DNA of 64,000 nucleotides from assembly GCA_035221665.1 (NCBI GenBank), contig CM069164.1, positions 14,508,001 through 14,572,000 of the forward strand, in the 5' to 3' direction. Origin of the DNA: Okamejei kenojei. Lineage: Eukaryota. Position numbers and translations under genes: made by a program. Every line of letters begins with the position of its first letter. Within the stretch, counting starts at the first letter, position 1. Of this stretch, positions 12,740 through 24,198 are shown in pieces. Below the pieces are notes generated by a model. It did no database searches and had not been told where the DNA came from. It was given only the letters and a program-made list of their open reading frames with translations.

Positions 12740-13585
12740 GTACTTTTTAAAGTGCCGTTATCTTTCCTTACTTGTGGCCTCCCCCTACAGAATCCTCAAT
12801 TTTGGCTCCTCGATTTCCAGCAATATTGCTCTCACCCCCACTCCTCTCAGCCACCACCGAGATAGGACTACCCTCGTCCTCACGTTCCACCCTAGGAGCC
12901 TCCACATTCAATGGATCATCCTTCATAACCTGTGCCACCGCCGATAGAATTCTTGCAGTCACCGATCCCCTTACAACTTCACCAACCGCAGCACTCCCCA
13001 TGCAGCTACCAGTGATTCATTGTCTGCTCTTTTAGCATTTCCCTTCCCATTATTCAGGGACCTTCCAAGTGAAGCAGCAATTCACATACACTTCTAATAT
13101 TAGTGCATTGCATTTGGTTGTCTTCAAACAGATTTGCAGAGCAGCTGCATTCAGTCTGCAAGGGTGACCTTTAGCTTTCAGTCACTTATCATTTTGATAC
13201 TCTGCCCCACTCCCACTCTAATCTCTATCTTAGGCCTCCTACATTGCTCTAACAATGGACAATGTAAACTCAGGGACCAACATCTTATCTTGCGTCTGGA
13301 CATATTGGTGCCCCAGGACTCAAGATGACATTTAACAATCCCCTCTCTCTTCTCAGATAATGCTGTACCATTTTGATTTAATTTGTTTCTTTTTTTTCCG
13401 TTTCTACAACTACAATTTATTGTGACAACTTTGGTCTATATCCTCTGTCTTCATCCTCGCCTCTGCAATTTAAAGCACAATTGTTTTCTAATTTTGACGA
13501 AGGGTCCTTGAGCCAGAAAATGACACTGTCTCTCCAATGATGTAGCCTGGTCTGCTGAGTGCTTCTAGCATTCACTGTTTTCCTC
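12740..13585 (+). mobile_element. old Penelope-like element (GIY-YIG region and 3' end)
   Basis: ILGLLHCSNNGQCKLRDQHLILRL in ORF 13134..13328 resembles the PLE endonuclease C-terminus; degenerate pLTR at 13495-13585. Confidence 0.65.
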
Positions 13586-15393
13586 TCAACCATTGCTTGT
13601 AATGTTGCTTGTAATGACTTAATTTTTGCAGTGTAATAGACTACAGGGTCAGCCAATATTCTGACTTTTATCTATACAATTTATTGTAGAATTCATCTAC
13701 AGCTCGAATTCAATCAACAAGACGATCCTGGCCTCACCCTAGCAAAGATATTCCCTTTGTCCTATCCATTCCTTCCTCACATCTCTGCAACTTTCTCTCT
13801 TTCTCAGTTCTGACCTGAAATGAGGGTCATTACCCTGAAATGCAACTCTGTTCCTCTCTCCACTCATGCTGCCTGATCTGCTGAGTGTGTCCAGCAACTA
13901 TATGATATGGTTTTCACATTGTGATAGCTTTGCAATATTCTCTGCTTTCTGTGAAGCTTAAAGAGTTTTGGCATGTCACCAAATTTGTTGATAAACTTTG
14001 ACAGATCTACTGTAGAAAATAACCTAACCGGTTCATTATGGTCTGGTGTGAAAACTTCAAGAGCTTGCAGAGAGTGGTGGGTTTGCCGTGGTCCATGATA
14101 GGCACAGTCCTCCCTGCCATCGAAAGCACCACATGAGGCACTGCCTCAAAAAGGCAGCGTCTATCATCAAGGATCCCCATCTTCCTATCATGAGCTCTTC
14201 TCAGTGCTACCATTACATCTATCAGGTACTTGAACTAACCTCCAAATCCCTAATCCAATCTTGACAATGGAACGCCAAAAAATCACCTCTTGCTCTATCA
14301 TGGTCTTGTCTTCTAATTGTGTATTTATGCATTCATGTGTTGTTTTGTTCTTTTGCAGTCTTTTTCTTTTCACTGCTTTATAGTTTTACATGTAATTTAT
14401 ATTTGATTTGTGTCTTGTGTGTCTGGTGCTGCTGCAAGCAAGATATTTATTGTACCTGTTAGTACTTTAGTGTAATTGTCCTGTTTTTCCACCACCCCAT
14501 GTACTTCCTTTGAGACCAATATAGTTTTATTAAATAACAACTTGTATTTTATCTATTTCCTTAGACATACAAGAAGTAATAAAGAATATTTAAAAAGAAA
14601 TGAACCCTGAGTCATGGTGTAAATGTTAGGGCAGGCTTGATAAAAAGGCTTTTATTTTGTTCAAAACTGGAACTAGGATGGGATCAGAAGGTTTTGGGAT
14701 AGGTGCCATGAACAATTACACCAGAGGAGCCAGATTCACTCCAGTCTTTAAGGTGCACCAGAAGATTAAAGGAGGCTCGAAAAATGAATAGTTAATCCCA
14801 GACATTTCCCAGCGGGATCTGATAACACTCAGGAGAATGTTTACTTTTTGGAGATAGGATTGTATAAGATTAGAAGTTGTAACCCTTCATGAATTTTCTG
14901 TCTACCCTGCCATTTTATTGTTTCCCAGCTCGGTACTGAGACATTATATGAGCTATGATTAATTAAAGGACATTATTTCCTGATACTGTTATCATGAACC
15001 ATGTCAGCAGTTATTGTAGAGCCCCATAAGTAATGAAGACCCAGGGAAGCTGGCTGCACTCTCAAGCATTGGCAGGGAGCTGGTTTTAATTTACTTTAAG
15101 ATACACAATTCATTTATTATTTTAATAAAAATGTAAAATATATGAAATCATTAATTTTCTTAGGAAGTATAAGTCCAGAGGAGAATATTACAGAACTTGG
15201 ATAGGGTCAGGAATGGGGATAATGCCAGGAGAATAATCATCTGTTCAGATGCTTATAGAGGTGCTGAATGGGACCAAACGATATTGATAGGATTAAAGGA
15301 AACTTGATGGCAGGAGGTCGGTGCAAAACACAAGGCATTTTAATCGATAGATAAAACAAAGAGATAAATAAATGTTGGACTGTTGAAGGAGAT

Positions 15394-15680
15394 GGCACAT
15401 TGGTGTGGCTGGTAGAGCTGCTGCCTCACAGCTCCAGAGACCCAGGTTTGATCTTGACCTCAGGCGCCGTCTCTGTGAAGTTTGCATCTTCTCACTGTGA
15501 TCACATGGGTTTACTCTGGGTGGTTGGTTTCTTCCCACATCGCAAAGACGTGCGGGTTTGTGGGTTAAGTGGCCTCTGTAGATTACCCCTAGTTTGTAGG
15601 GAGTGGATGAGAAAGTGGGAAATCATAGTTCTGGGAAAGGGTGATCGATGGCCTGTGTGGGCTGAAGGTCGTGTTTTATA
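15394..15680 (+). mobile_element. HE1-type SINE (older subfamily)
   Basis: ggtagagctgctgcctcacagctccagagacccaggtt head. Confidence 0.8.
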
Positions 15681-16027
15681 AATCTCTTTTTAAAAAAAAG
15701 GGAGGTTATAGCCAAGAAAGAATCGTAGTATGAAACAGTGGCATGCTTTATTCTTAACGCAGTGTGTACAAAGACAGACCTGAAGTTAGAAGTACCTAAT
15801 GTGGAGGTTTGAGGAGTGTGAGCAATATCAATAAAATGGAGCTACATAATTGATGGCCAGGGAGAGAGGGGCAAGGGTTTGTAGATGGTATCGTCAATCA
15901 GATGACAACCCCCAGTGACCCTGTTTCACAAGAGGCTCATCGAGTAGGTGCCGCAGTGTGATTAATGAGTGGTGATTCACTGCCTGCTAAAAGGAAATAA
16001 ATAATTTGTTTCACTTGAATATCCTAG

Positions 16028-16163
16028 GCAGGAATTGAGAACAGACAGCTGGACACGGTGGACTTTTTCCTGAAGAGCAAAGAAAATATTTTTTCCGCTC
16101 CGGTGGCGTTTTTAAAGCAGGAGAATTCTGAAGCCACGCTCACTTCATGGGCGCAATTAAAAA
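16028..16163 (+). CDS. SPG11: spatacsin exon 8-equivalent (AGIENRQLDTVDFFLKSKEN...)
   Basis: cctag acceptor, gtgagt donor. Confidence 0.96.
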
Positions 16164-16565
16164 GTGAGTCACCTGGAGTAAAATGCAATCTCTTCAATGT
16201 GTGGCTGATGGAATATTTACAGCAAGTATACGTCACTGCTTTTTTTTAATGATTCCATTTACATTATCTAACTGATCTCATTAATTACTCGAGGATATAA
16301 ATTAATTCTGCTTGCCTCCATTGAGCAGATGAAGGAGTAATTTAGGCGTGTTGCACACTGAAATTTGGCTCCATTGAATTGTAGAAACAGATTTCAGAAT
16401 TATTACATACACCGGAGGGCAACTCTCTATCTGTTACCAATTGTAGGATAGATGTACTTAATTAAATTTGCTAAAGTTTAATTTGAATGAAACTTCATGA
16501 GATTGTGACACTGATGTGGAACAGACATATGTCAGCATTCTATGCATCAGCTTGTTTTGGGTTGT

Positions 16566-16845
16566 AAGATACAGCATGGAAACAGACCTTTCAGCCCATC
16601 AAGACCACTCCGACCATTGATCACCCGTTCACATTAGTTTTATGTTATCTCACTTTTCCATCCATTCCCTGCACACTAGTGGTAAATTACAAAGGCCAAT
16701 TAACCTATTTGGGATGTGGAAGGAAACCGGAGCACACATGGTCACGGAGAGAACGTGCAAACTCCACACAGACAGCACCCGTGGCCAGGATTGAACCTGG
16801 GTATCTGGTGCTGTGAGGCATCAGCTCTACCAGCTCCCCCAGTGT
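16566..16845 (-). mobile_element. HE1-type SINE
   Basis: Reverse-complement copy. Confidence 0.8.
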
Positions 16846-17034
16846 GGTGTCATCGTCATGTTCTGGCCTTCCTTGTCCACACTCCGGTGTGGAAAGGCTA
16901 AGCACACTGGAGGTCACATGGTGCTGCAGTGAGTCCAGCAGTAATTTTGATTGTAACAGATTAAGATGCACTTCATATCTGGCCCCTCAGCTTTATGCAA
17001 GTTGTATATGACATATCTGGAGCAGCCACATTCA

Positions 17035-17585
17035 TTTGAATGGAGTCCCCCAAACCAATGTTCTATTTCTTTAAAGAACATGGTTTCCACCCTGCTGTCG
17101 AAGATGGATCACTCACCCATCTCCTCTGGTCCCGTACTTCTGATCTCGCTGCCCCTCCCCCCAGACAGAACAAGCAGAGACTTGGTGACCCTTTCGCTAA
17201 ATGTTTGCGCTCAGTCTTCCAAGGTCTACTGGATCTCCCGGTTGCTAACCACTTTAACTCGTCTTCCCATTCCCACACTGACCTTTCTGTCCTGGGCCTC
17301 CTCCATTGCCAGAGTGAGGCCACATGCAAACTGGAGGAACAGTACCTCGCACGTTGTAAGGAAACAAACAACTCAACAGTATGAACATTGCATTCTCCAA
17401 TTTTAGGTCATATCAAACCTGCCTCTTCCCCCTCCCTCATCATTTCTTCCCCCCATCCACTTTAGTCTTTTCATACCTGGCCTTTATCCAACCATCTCCC
17501 TATCCAAAACCTCCCCTACCTGTTCCTCCCTCCAGAATGCTGCCTGATGTGCAGATTGTATCCAGCAATTTCTGTTTTTATTCAG
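17035..17585 (+). mobile_element. Penelope-like element, GIY-YIG endonuclease C-terminal fragment plus 3' tail
   Basis: ORF 17040..17384: KQRLGDPFAKCLRSV...LPVANHFNSSSHSHTDLSVLGLLHCQSEATCKLEEQYL. Confidence 0.85.
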
Positions 17586-17609
17586 ACATTTTGTCTTTGC
17601 TTATTGCAG

Positions 17610-17765
17610 ATGTTGAGGAAATTAAGCCAGCTTTGGACTTGCTGTGTTCAGCAATCAAGGAACACGACTCTGAAACTCAGAGCAGGCAGTTCTCTGAGCA
17701 ACTTCTGAACCTTACGTTAACTTTTCTCAACAAACAAATCCAGGAACTTCTGATGCAGCCAGGAG
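17610..17765 (+). CDS. SPG11: spatacsin exon 9-equivalent (VEEIKPALDLLCSAI...LLMQPG)
   Basis: ttgcag acceptor, gtgaga donor; 156 nt. Confidence 0.95.
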
Positions 17766-18515
17766 GTGAGATGCTTTGAGTAGTCTATGGATTATACTGA
17801 ATAGATTACAGTAGGCTGTCATTTATACCTAATCACTCCATTCAAATGCAGGGAATAAAAAATGATGTATGGTGAGATATTTGTTTTATACTGATTGTGT
17901 CCTTAAGAAAGCTACTTGCCTTCCCACACCTCATTTTGCACCATGTATCATGTAGCATGACCACTGAGGATCAAAACACCTTTGAGTCACTGCCCTCAGG
18001 GTTCCTCACCTGTTTGAGATCAATCATTACTATAATCTTATCATGGATGCTCTTAGGGGTTAATTGCATGTAAAATTGCAAATTGAATCTGCATATACCA
18101 CAATATTTCACAGCCTGCTAGACACTAACCAAATCTCTCACTGGTTCATCAGCAAACGTATTTATTTTTCAATAACTGTTAGTACGAAAGCTTTTTATCT
18201 ATGACGTGTTTGATTCCTCAATGAATTCCATTAAATTTACACTTTCCAATAAATTGCTTCAATTTCATGGGTTTTAAAACTCAAACCACCTCAAAGATTA
18301 AAATTGTTTAGCAATTTCATAACTTACTTTAATGCGGTAAAATACCCCAGGGTACCATGGAGCAATATTATCAATCAGCATTTCTCTGCAATTATAGTGG
18401 GTAACTTCTTAAAAGGCATTTTTAGAAAAGACTCCTTTATTCAGAATTTATGATGTTTGGTGTAAGGAAAGAGAGTTTTGTTACCATGAGTGTAATGCAT
18501 AATGGTGTTTGTGCT

Positions 18516-18657
18516 GGGGGTGGAAGATTGCAACCTTCACGTGGTCTGCCCTGTTTCGACTAATGCAATCAACACGACGTGTACAAATGGAAGATCAAAT
18601 AGAACAAGTTGTCCTACAACTTTAGGCTGAGCACGCCACACGAAAGAAGAAGAAGAA
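18516..18657 (+). mobile_element. 142-bp non-autonomous retroelement with ribozyme head and (GAA)n tail
   Basis: Perfect 11-bp TSD GTGTTTGTGCT at 18505-18515 and 18658-18668; ends in CGAAAGAAGAAGAAGAA; no obvious tRNA A/B boxes. Confidence 0.85.
18517..18570 (+). ncRNA. HDV-like self-cleaving ribozyme (minimal, P4 nearly absent), predicted
   Basis: P1 GGGGUGG/CUGCCCU with G1-U wobble; P2 GAUUGCA/UGCAAUC; P3 ACC/GGU; L3 UUCACGU; single C-G P1.1; J4/2 CUAA with the catalytic C at 18560. Confidence 0.8.
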
Positions 18658-20037
18658 GTGTTTGTGCTCAGCATTTGACAAATGTAAGGAAGTCTCAATT
18701 AATTGAGCTTTCTTTATAAAAAGCCTATTCCATTTTGTTTTAATATCAATTATGCTGTTCAATGATCAACTGAATTTAGCATATATTACAAGCAAGCGAA
18801 CTGAGGTTTAGCTCTTTCCCAATATATGTTGGAAAGGACTCCATTAACACCACTGCAAGATTAAAGGTCCTCTGTTTTCAGTAATGTTTAGATTTATTGG
18901 AATTATTTATACGTTGCTTTATACATTACTGACGGATATTTACATGTATTTACATATATATCTTTTGTTTTGAGTATTTCCTTATTGCTTAGTGAAATTC
19001 ATAGGCTCGTTGAAACAGTCACAAAATGAAGCATTTATTATAAATGGTGCCATGCCCTCTTCTCCAATTTCCTTTTCTGTCTTTTCCTCGCCCTTTGTAT
19101 ATTCCTATTCGGAATATCTACTCTAAATTTAAACAACAATATAGATTCTGCTTTTTGATGTTCATGTCAGAATCCTGCATGCATTTTTATTTGTTAGTAT
19201 AATAGATAATCCCTCGTCAGTTTTGTTTTCACTTTATACAGATATATTTGTTCATCCAAAATTCTGCTTCCAAAATATGTCCCATCCTGCTCCATGTTTT
19301 GCCCCATGTCTCCCTTTGCCTGAAATTAAACATCATTGTTCTTATGCTTAAAACCCTCCATGGCCATGTTTGCCTTATCTCTACATTTATTTTCCTGTCA
19401 TCGTTCTTCTTTACTCCATTATTAATAGACGTCTTTTGATTCAGGATTCCATATCCTAGAATTCCCAATCATGAGAATTCTACATCCTGCTTTCATTATA
19501 GTTGCACTGCTTCCAATGTGCTAATTTCTATTAAGAATCAAATTTTGTCATGGTATTTCTTATCTCACTTTTCTTATCATAAACATCCCATATTTCTCAA
19601 CTGTGAACCTGTACTTAACTGCTCGTTTAATGACCTTTCCTGTATTATCAGTAATATTTGATGAAGTTTTCTATTTCGGTATACGAAGACTTCAAATATT
19701 ATCCATTTTTATGTTCATTGAAATTGAAATTCCTTAAGCAGATCCAAAGGATTTCAGCTGCAGCCACTGAGGAATTTTGCTGTTCATATTACAAAACCAG
19801 AACTGCTGGAAAAATTAAAGAAATTCTGGAAAAAATATTTGTGTGCTGTTTCAGAAAAGGATCTGTTTGGAGTCATTTCATTCTTTTGCTTGTTAATGAT
19901 TCTATGGAAATATAGTGTGATATGATTGGATAATGCAGAGAAGATATTCATTGCATCTCGGTAGACATGACAATAATAAACTAAACTGTTTGATTGCAAA
20001 AACAATAATTTGGTTGCAGTTCCTTTAGAAAGTTCTT

Positions 20038-20092
20038 GCTGTGATGGTACTCCCATGTTAGTGGTACACCCAGCTGTGATGGTACTCCCATG
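20038..20092. repeat. 20-bp direct repeat GCTGTGATGGTACTCCCATG x2
   Basis: Copies at 20038-20057 and 20073-20092. Confidence 0.85.
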
Positions 20093-20253
20093 ATAGTGTT
20101 GCATTGGGAATTTGAGTATCACAACTCACCAGCAATAAAGGGGCAGCAATATACCAGTTAGAATGAAGTGTTTTTTCTGGTTGACATTTCGTTGGCATTT
20201 ATTATAAATTACTGTCCTATCCCATTGCAATAAACATCTTTATACATCTTCAG

Positions 20254-20441
20254 AACTGGATGAGCACAAGCAGAAATGTGTGGACTATCTCACTGGTTAT
20301 ATTATCAAGCTCCGTAAATTTATGAAGAAGTACCCGCATAAACCACCAAGGGAGAGCGTCACTGATGGGTGTGAGGATGAAGAAAATACTTTACCAGACG
20401 TTAATCCAGTTTATGGAAAGTGGGATAGTCTCAGTGCCAAT
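20254..20441 (+). CDS. SPG11: spatacsin exon 10-equivalent (LDEHKQKCVDYLTGYI...WDSLSAN)
   Basis: cttcag acceptor, gtaagt donor. Confidence 0.94.
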
Positions 20442-20945
20442 GTAAGTACCCAGATGTGTAATTGGTTAACTTGGGATATGTTTTAAACTAACTGCCAAGT
20501 GTACAGTACATGATCAGGCCATGCAGTCCAGCTGGTGTACATGGGCATTTCTGTTCCTTACTCCCACCTGTCCGCAACTCACCCTGACAACATATCCTTA
20601 CAATTTGTTCTGAGGCAGAAAATGCTGAAAACACTTGGCAGATAGGGAGCATCTGTGGGAAGCAAATTGGTTAATGTTTCAGGTTATAATTGGGAAAAAC
20701 TGGTAATAGTTTATGAGTCATGTATAAACCACCAGCAAGAGCTTGTACATGGAGAGAGTCACTGACGTAAACGTGATCCATTGGAAGATAATTTTGAGAA
20801 ATAAAACAAAACAAATTTTGAAACATTTTTTCAAAGTAGAAGGTATTAAAAGCAGCCCAGTAATAATAAGTATGTTCATGAGCAAAGGCAGGGACTTAAA
20901 ACAATTGGGCAGGTGGACTGTAATATGGGGAAATTAGATGTTTTC

Positions 20946-21503
20946 ATAAGCTCTAGGAACAGAATTAGGCCATTTTGCCCATCGTCTACACCATTCAATT
21001 ATGTCTGATCTATCTTGGGTAGACAAAAATGCTGGAGAAACTCGGCTGGTGCGGCAGCATCTATGGAGTGAAGGAAATAGGCCGAAACCCTACATCAGTC
21101 TGAAGAAGGGTTTCGGCCCGAAACTTTGCCTATTTCCTTTGTTCCATAGATGCTGCTGCACCCGCTGAGTTTCTCCAGCATTTTTGTCTACCTTCTATTT
21201 TCCAGCATCTGCAGTTCCTTCTTGAACATGTCTGATCTATCTTTCCCTCTCAATCCCAATCTCCCGCCTTCTCTCCATAACCCCGGAAACCCTTACTGAT
21301 CACAAATCTGTCAATCTCCGCCTTAAAAATATTCATTGACTTGGCCTCCACAGCCGTCTGTGGTAATGAATTCCACAGATTCACCATCCTCTGACTAAAG
21401 AAATTCCTCCTCATCTCCTTGCTAATAGTACGTCTTTTTATTTTGAGGCTATGGTCCCTGGTCCTAGTCTCTCCATCTAGTGGAAACATCCTCTCCACAT
21501 TCA
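20946..21503 (-). mobile_element. CR1 LINE 3' end interrupted by a Penelope mini-element
   Basis: ORF 21250..21507: RMFPLDGETRTRDHSLKIK...FFSQRMVNLWNSLP. Confidence 0.85.
21017..21227 (+). mobile_element. Penelope-derived inverted-repeat mini-element inserted in a CR1 tail
   Basis: 16-bp TSD ATGTCTGATCTATCTT (21001-21016, 21228-21243); arms about 21019-21083 and 21128-21192 are reverse complements. Confidence 0.85.
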
Positions 21504-22292
21504 CCAATTTTTCTATTTTGGTATGATGAATAAAACGGCAAACATTTTTTTAAGTGAAGAAAAGGTACAGAATGTTGAATCTTTGTACACAAAATAGAAA
21601 GCTAGTAGGCAGACATAGCAGATAATTAAGAAGGCAACTGGAATGAAATAATTAAGAAGGCAACTATCACCTTCCTACACTCACCCATAGACCTTGATAC
21701 CTTTAATATCTGGAAATCCATTGATGTCTGCCTTGAATATATTCAGTGACCACATCTCCTAGTTGTATAATGAGGATAAGCTAAACAGGCAGGGCCTTAA
21801 GTCATTGGAGTTCAGAAAAATTGGAGGAACTTAAGATTTCTAGCAGCTTGCTCGGGTAATTGCAAAGATTTCTCCTCAAGAGTGTCCAGTATTGTAGGGA
21901 ATGGTGTCACAATATTTAAAGCACAGATGAGTTAGGATTCTCCTTTCTCTCAGAGAACCATAGAGGCAGCATCAGTGAAAATATTTAAGGCTGAGATAAT
22001 TTGTTGGACTTTAAGAGAGAAACTGGCAGGAAATTAGAGCTAAGGCTATGATCAGCTCAACCGTGATCTTATTGATTGCAGAGCATGCTCAGGGGACCAT
22101 GTGACTCTTGCTCCTGCTCCTTAATTTCTTTTGCACACAGGTTGAACCCGAATAATAATTTCAAAGCATTTTTTTTTCCCCAGCAAGAATTAATTTATTT
22201 TAAACTGGTTAAAGTGTGTTAAATTATGATAGGAATGTCTAGGATTTCATCTGCGATAAGAATATTTAAAAATTTGTATTATCCTTTAACAG

Positions 22293-22469
22293 GAAATTAT
22301 TCGTGACGCTGTACTGAATAATCAGATTCCACGAGCTCAGGGATATTTCCGAGCCCAACAAAAACCAACAAAGAATTTGAACAAACTCATGCAAGTTGGT
22401 TTAACTCTGACTTATGATTGTCTCTTAAAAAAAGACTTGCAGGAAGCTAAGAAACTTCTAAGGAACATG
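22293..22469 (+). CDS. SPG11: spatacsin exon 11-equivalent (EIIRDAVLNNQIPRAQ...LLRNM)
   Basis: taacag acceptor, gtaatt donor; 177 nt. Confidence 0.95.
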
Positions 22470-23544
22470 GTAATTACAGAAGTATTGGAAAGTAAATAAA
22501 GTTAACCCAGTTCTGTTGCATGATACATTAACAAAACTAATTCACTATATGATTTAATGTTCTTTATCAGACGAATGTAGTCAAGAAACCTGCGTCAGTT
22601 AATTTGTATGTTCTCATTTGCAAAGCTTTGATAGCCAGCCAATGAATACATTTTTGTTTTTAGCATATTTTTCTTTTCCATTAATTTGTTTCTTTGCTGG
22701 AATTCCTGGCAATGCTGGCAATTTATTACCATGTCTATTTGCCTCTCACGGAGGAGGCAATGGTGGATCTGGAGTCACATTAGACTCTGGATGGTGGATT
22801 TTCTTCACTGGCGACTTGAGTGAACTAGATGGGTTTTCACGACAGTCTAGTAGTTTGGGTAATGATCACAGAGGCTATCATGTTTTAATGGCAGATTTTA
22901 TTTAATGGCTTGAAATTTAAATTCCTCAGGTGTCAACATTCATGCCTTTGGATCACTGATCCTGAACTTTGGTTGGCAATGCACTAATCTAACAATTACA
23001 TTACTCTGACTCTCTCCTTTCCCTCGCTCCTGATGTAAATTGACGATTTCAGATTATGCCCATTTTTTATTCTTATTTCTGAAGCCTTTTTTCCTGCACT
23101 GCTGCAGTGATAACACAGAGGCACTTCATTTTATTTCTTGCTAAGGAAGGGCACATTTTATCTTCTGTGATCTTGCATTTGTATTGTCTTTCCTATTCTT
23201 TGAATAAGCTATAGCTCTTTTGAGCAGATGGCTTGTGCACTGCAGGTTCCACAGGTGGCAGCTGAGATAAATGTTGTCACACACAGTAAAGAATCCAGCT
23301 ATAAATCCGAGATATAATTCTCTGCAAGTCACCACAGGGAGTTGCTTACTGTACACCAGACAGCCTGAGTATTTCTTCATAGACACAAAAACAAGACAGC
23401 TTATCATAATTTACTGCAGATGCAATTTGTGAGCTGCAGATTATAGGATTATGGGAGTATGTTGGTTGGACTGGGGAAAGAAGTATTTGGGGATTGATTT
23501 GATCTGCTTTTAATAATGGAACCCGTTATCCTCTTTAATTTTAG

Positions 23545-23616
23545 GGATTTGACGTGAAGAAAGAACTACATCGTATCTGTTTTTACACAGCTGATCGAGA
23601 CCTTCGAGATTTCCTG
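23545..23616 (+). CDS. SPG11: spatacsin exon 12-equivalent (GFDVKKELHRICFYTADRDLRDFL)
   Basis: ttttag acceptor, gtaggg donor; 72 nt. Confidence 0.95.
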
Positions 23617-23789
23617 GTAGGGTATCTGATTTATCTGAGTTATAGTTAGAGGGTCATTTATGAACATCCCCTTTAACCGTGTTGAATACAACAGTTTCTG
23701 TCTTATTTGTGACGGTGTGCAACTTCAGGGATAGGACTCAGAGTCGTTTTTATGTTCCCTTCACATTGCTGAACAAAGCCACTCCATTT

Positions 23790-24198
23790 ATACCTCACGC
23801 TGCCTTGGCAAGGCCAGCAGCATAATCAAGGATGTCACACCCTGGACAATCCCTCTTCTTCCGTGTCCCATCGGGCAAAAGATAGAGAAGTGTGAAAATG
23901 CACAGATTCAGAGACCGTTTCTTCCCAGCTGTTATCAGGCAACTGAATCATCCTACCGCAACTAGAGAGCAGTCATGAACTACTATCTACCTCATTGGTG
24001 ACTCTTGGACTATCTTTGATTGGACTTTACTGGCTTTATCTTGCACTAAATGTTATTCACGTTATTCCCTTCATCATGTATCTGTACGCTGTGAATGGCT
24101 CGATTGTAATCGGGTATTGTTCTTCCGCTGTCTGGCTAGCACGCAACAAAAGCTTTTCACTATATCTCGATACACGTGACATTGGACTAAACTAAACT
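23790..24198 (+). mobile_element. Rex1/L2-type LINE 3' end
   Basis: cgctgccttggcaaggccagcagcataatcaagga...tttcttcccagctgttatcaggc...cacgtgac and aaact tail; older relatives at about 13960-14460 and 53900-54330. Confidence 0.7.

Noticed and set aside
20038-20092. Direct repeat with spacer resembling CRISPR; also the 18-bp repeat at 21622-21665
   Set aside because: Only two copies, short spacers, eukaryotic intron and no cas genes; these are local duplications.
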